From a virus (lineage: Duplodnaviria > Caudoviricetes), in the IMG/VR virus record IMGVR_UViG_3300005805_000211, positions 1 to 38,189 of that record: DNA of 38,189 bases, one strand, 5' to 3'. Both the position numbers and the translations under genes were made by a program. The notes beneath the pieces were generated by a model. It did no database searches. It worked only from the letters and a program-made list of their open reading frames with translations, and was not told the origin of the DNA. Positions 34,794 through 38,189 of this stretch are shown one piece after another. Each line of letters begins with the position of its first letter. Positions within the stretch are counted from its first letter, which is position 1.

Positions 34794-36007
34794 GCTTTGT
34801 ATTCTTCCCCTCTAAATATTCCGTGGCCGCTATATATCCACATTGGTTCATAAAAAAATTCTTCACCGCCAACACCTATTGGTTGATAGGTGACCACACC
34901 CAGCCCCTGCTGCCAGTTCTCGGCACCTTGTAGGAGTGGTCTCCCAAATTCATCTGCGCCGGATTTGACCGAAGGTACTGCCCCATCGATTCTACAGAGA
35001 CACCCAGGACTTGCCGCCATAATTGTTCTCGGTCCCTTGTCTGTTCTCCTGGTTCTATAGGCGTATTCGTTTCTGTGGATATGCCCATAGATAACTGATA
35101 TACGTTCGTTGTCCAGATATTTCTTGGTGGTCGAATTATTAGAAACAACCTTGTCGCCGTGGACAACCATAAGATTTGTGTTGATGTAGTGGGCTGATTC
35201 CGGGTACCCAGAAAGGTAGTCAACTCCGAACTCATCCATTCGACACAAATACGGAACCGTCATTACTGGCCATTCTGGGCGAAGCTCGCCTGGTTTGATT
35301 CCCCTAGTTATTCCAAATGCCGCCTCTGCATTCGTTTGTATATACCGAGGTAGTCTCGCTTCGTGGTTCCCAGCAATCCATGTAATCTTTGCTCGTGGGG
35401 CAGCTTCTCTGAGCTGTGCACATAAATGTGTGGCCCTATCGATTGCGGCTTGAACCAACATCTTGAATGGAGCTGCTGTCAGATATTTGCCAAATTCTGC
35501 AAAATCTAAATTATCCCCAACCATTACTACCTGGTTTGGGTTTAATTTCTCAATAACCTTCAAAGCCACTGATATTGCTTGTTCATCATGGATTGGCTCC
35601 ATATCGAAAGAATCGAGCGATTTACGGTAATGTCCAATTTGTATATCAGGAACGATAACTGCCGTCTCCCACCCAGTTGGCTTGCCTACTTTTGTCTTTG
35701 TCTTTTGTAGTTGTATTCTGGGTCCTTGGGTAACGACTGGCCATCGTGGACCAGACTCCCACGAGGGGGAAATTCTTATTGCTGTAGTAGTCGTTGCTTT
35801 TGGTTTGCCGTCTTTATCGGTCGTTGTTCTATGATTGACTGTAAATTTAGCGTCCCCTATCTCATCTACGGCAATCCCTCTTTCCTTAAGAACTTCGGCT
35901 ATATCCCCAAGAATCTTTCTTTTAGCGATAGACGACTCGGCGTCTGCTTTCATTGCTTTAAGTTTTGAGTTGAGCTTGTTGTTTGATGCCTTTTTTCTAC
36001 TTACCAT
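34790..36007 (-). CDS. calcineurin-like metallophosphoesterase
   Basis: PDIQ, GDNLD, GNHE, HGD and GHIH motifs. Confidence 0.88.
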   Translation of the reverse strand: MVSRKKASNNKLNSKLKAMKADAESSIAKRKILGDIAEVLKERGIAVDEIGDAKFTVNHRTTTDKDGKPKATTTTAIRISPSWESGPRWPVVTQGPRIQLQKTKTKVGKPTGWETAVIVPDIQIGHYRKSLDSFDMEPIHDEQAISVALKVIEKLNPNQVVMVGDNLDFAEFGKYLTAAPFKMLVQAAIDRATHLCAQLREAAPRAKITWIAGNHEARLPRYIQTNAEAAFGITRGIKPGELRPEWPVMTVPYLCRMDEFGVDYLSGYPESAHYINTNLMVVHGDKVVSNNSTTKKYLDNERISVIYGHIHRNEYAYRTRRTDKGPRTIMAASPGCLCRIDGAVPSVKSGADEFGRPLLQGAENWQQGLGVVTYQPIGVGGEEFFYEPMWIYSGHGIFRGEEYKA

Positions 36008-36347
36008 TTTTTGCTCCTAATCGCTTAGAGATACAGCAAGACTTTGCTGCTTCTGGGTCTTTGAAACAGGTATTTCGTTTTTCGGCAAGAAATTCCCTAC
36101 CTATAGAAATTCCTTCACCATTTAGTGTTCTCACCAACGACATGGTTGTGATATCGCTTTTTAATACTTCCATTAACGCTTCCGCTGTATCTGGATCAAG
36201 GCTGCCAATAATTCGACCAAGCTTGCAGTCCTGTTTGGATGACTGTATTTCTAGAAGTTTCCCCAATGCATCTTTTAGCATGATTTGACCTGCTAACCTT
36301 TCGTTATATGGCTCGTATTCCGACAGCGACACCCCATAGGGAATCAA
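35997..36347 (-). CDS. hypothetical protein
   Basis: Overlaps the downstream gene; start uncertain. Confidence 0.6.
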   Translation of the reverse strand: MIPYGVSLSEYEPYNERLAGQIMLKDALGKLLEIQSSKQDCKLGRIIGSLDPDTAEALMEVLKSDITTMSLVRTLNGEGISIGREFLAEKRNTCFKDPEAAKSCCISKRLGAKNGK

Positions 36348-36426
36348 TAACTAACGAAACCGAGGCCCCCAATGTCGTCCACTTTGATAGTACACTATCG
36401 AACTACATGCGTGTGGTTATGTCGCC

Positions 36427-36867
36427 ATGAAAAACCAAAATTCTGAAAAAATAAAAAAAGCCCTAGAACTGGCCATCCAAGAAAGTTCCAGCGAAGGCGC
36501 TGACGCCCTGGAGCGGATTCTTCAAACTTTAGACCAACAAAAAATAATTCGTTACCATAACGATGGTGATGTGAATCTCCTATCTACTTCCGGAAGAGTT
36601 CTTGTCTCCCTAATAGAAGACCCAACTATGACAATTAGGGCAATAGCTACTTATCTTGGCCTAAGCGAAACAATGATTGATAAAACAGTTAAATCATTAA
36701 TACAGTCAGGGCTTGTTACAAAAACAAAAGTCAATCGACAAAATGTCTATAAATTAAATAAAAAAATGATTAACCAACAACTTGATATACGTCAGTTTGT
36801 ACGCGCCATACACGAATTAAACAATGAAAAAAACGATGACGAGATTGGAAATTTGGACCCATTCTAG
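36427..36867 (+). CDS. winged-helix DNA-binding protein
   Basis: PTMTIRAIATYLGLSETMIDKTVKSLIQSGLV. Confidence 0.8.
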   Translation: MKNQNSEKIKKALELAIQESSSEGADALERILQTLDQQKIIRYHNDGDVNLLSTSGRVLVSLIEDPTMTIRAIATYLGLSETMIDKTVKSLIQSGLVTKTKVNRQNVYKLNKKMINQQLDIRQFVRAIHELNNEKNDDEIGNLDPF

Positions 36868-36879
36868 TAAGTTGTTAAA

Positions 36880-37311
36880 ATGAAAAAACCCCAAAAACAG
36901 AGATCCCCTGCAATCTACGGTAGTGGCGGTTATCTACTTCTTTGTTTTGCCAAAAGTCAGAAACGACAGTTTTCTATTGTGGTTGCGGCGGATGTACTTG
37001 CCGGCAAGTTCAGAAATACTAGCGATGCACGTACCGTGGCTAAAAAACTTGAAAAACATGGTTTATTAAAAAATCAAGGCAACGACATATGGCTACTTAC
37101 GGACGATGGGAATAACGCAATAGACAAGATTGTTAATAACTACAGAAGAATGAGAATTCGTTTACTTGGTAAAAGCTATATGGAGGGGAAGCTAAAAGAC
37201 ATAAAAGCCAACTCCTCGATGTCAATCGATGGCTTTATGGATGATGAAATACTTGAAGAGATATACATGAAAATCGCAATGAAAACAAAAAAGAGGCGGC
37301 GGTTGGTTTAA
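36880..37311 (+). CDS. hypothetical protein (possible wHTH)
   Basis: KKLEKHGLL...WLLTDDG. Confidence 0.65.
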   Translation: MKKPQKQRSPAIYGSGGYLLLCFAKSQKRQFSIVVAADVLAGKFRNTSDARTVAKKLEKHGLLKNQGNDIWLLTDDGNNAIDKIVNNYRRMRIRLLGKSYMEGKLKDIKANSSMSIDGFMDDEILEEIYMKIAMKTKKRRRLV

Positions 37312-37320
37312 CCGCAAGAT

Positions 37321-37650
37321 CTAGTCTCTACTAACCAACCAAGCCTGAAATATTTCGTCGGACAAAGGCATAAACCAAAGCTGAGAAGCGTCTGGGTTTT
37401 TTATATCCCCAACAAGCGTCCAGCAAATTTCAATTTCGCTTTGGGCTGGACACATTCCACCATTGCACTCCATGCCATAACGAGAAATAAACCATTTGAC
37501 AATACATTCACCATTTTCCGTAATGCATTCCTTGTTTTCTGATTCTGGGCAAATTACTTCAGTGACCTCAAGTTCTGACTTATTTATGCGCAGAATGATT
37601 TTGTGCTTATCGTTATGCCATATTTGCTCTATGTCTGATTGTCTTGACAT
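37321..37650 (-). CDS. hypothetical protein
   Basis: AAAGG SD. Confidence 0.7.
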   Translation of the reverse strand: MSRQSDIEQIWHNDKHKIILRINKSELEVTEVICPESENKECITENGECIVKWFISRYGMECNGGMCPAQSEIEICWTLVGDIKNPDASQLWFMPLSDEIFQAWLVSRD

Positions 37651-37761
37651 TTTTGCCTTTGGATAAATTACAAAATCTATATACGAACCTAAACAGTGTG
37701 GTGCACAAAAAAGGTATCACACAGAACTATCTTAAAAAGTAAGCGGGTTCTAGCACTTCCC

Positions 37762-38100
37762 CTACTCTTGCTGTGATTTTGCTACAAGTCTTTCGTCAGC
37801 GTTATTGAGGATACTAGCCCAAGCTTCATCAATGGACTCAGCAAAATTGGACATTTCGCCTCTCAGTTTATCTTTTAGGCCTTTTTCACATAACTCAATA
37901 AACATTTTATAAAAATCTTCACTCTTCGTGCTTAAATGATGCGTTTTGGATGTGAGTGGATTTTTCACATAAACATGCTCAGCCTTATAAAGAGGAACCA
38001 AAATATTGTAAGGAGAGTTCATTACCGAAGCAAGAGCTATTTCTTCCCTGGAACGCTTATCCTCAACAGCAAGCTTTTTTTTAATCGGTGGACGACTCAT
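37762..38100 (-). CDS. hypothetical protein
   Basis: 112 aa ORF. Confidence 0.65.
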   Translation of the reverse strand: MSRPPIKKKLAVEDKRSREEIALASVMNSPYNILVPLYKAEHVYVKNPLTSKTHHLSTKSEDFYKMFIELCEKGLKDKLRGEMSNFAESIDEAWASILNNADERLVAKSQQE

Positions 38101-38189
38101 TTTTTATCTAGATTTCTTTTTATTAAACGAATTAAGGTGGTCGTTTAAGTGAGTATCTATTTTGTTTTCTACATTAGCTATATCAGAGT

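Noticed and set aside
1-38189. tRNA or rRNA genes, transposases, stop-codon recoding
   Set aside because: No cloverleaf or transposase motifs were seen, and genes tile densely under the standard code.

Overview
The window looks like part of a large actinobacterial phage genome. Support: a WhiB-family gene, Gram-positive/actinobacterial LexA boxes, leaderless sigmaA-type promoters, DUF932, an SNF2/HARP helicase, a MoxR-like AAA+/VWA pair, and replication initiator and loader-like genes. No structural genes and no integrase are visible. Positions ~1-27.3 kb form an accessory region of many small genes arranged as self-contained modules. About 14 intergenic spacers share one composite element with these parts, in order: an AGCCCCG-N16-18-CGGGGCT inverted repeat; a polar 20-mer ACGGGGGGCTTCCGATAACT; an optional 35-40 nt CTGGCGCACAC...GTGCTTGCCCACA block; TAATAGATAACT; an unusual promoter TGGCTA-GTCTG-N12-TAnnnT; a CA-rich leader; and an SD. 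Two neighbouring modules have near-identical flanks but unrelated cargo, and the similarity breaks at the 20-mer, which suggests a cassette-shuffling system. The 12-mer TAATAGATAACT occurs about 60 times (counted by eye), including inside genes, and disappears after ~27.3 kb. A second polar 16-mer, TGACGGTGGTGGAWGA, and several hairpins with anti-Shine-Dalgarno loops (candidate sRNAs) add further regulatory layers. Positions ~27.3-38.2 kb hold more conventional regulatory, replication and proteolysis genes. All protein family calls come from recognising motifs by eye; no searches were run.
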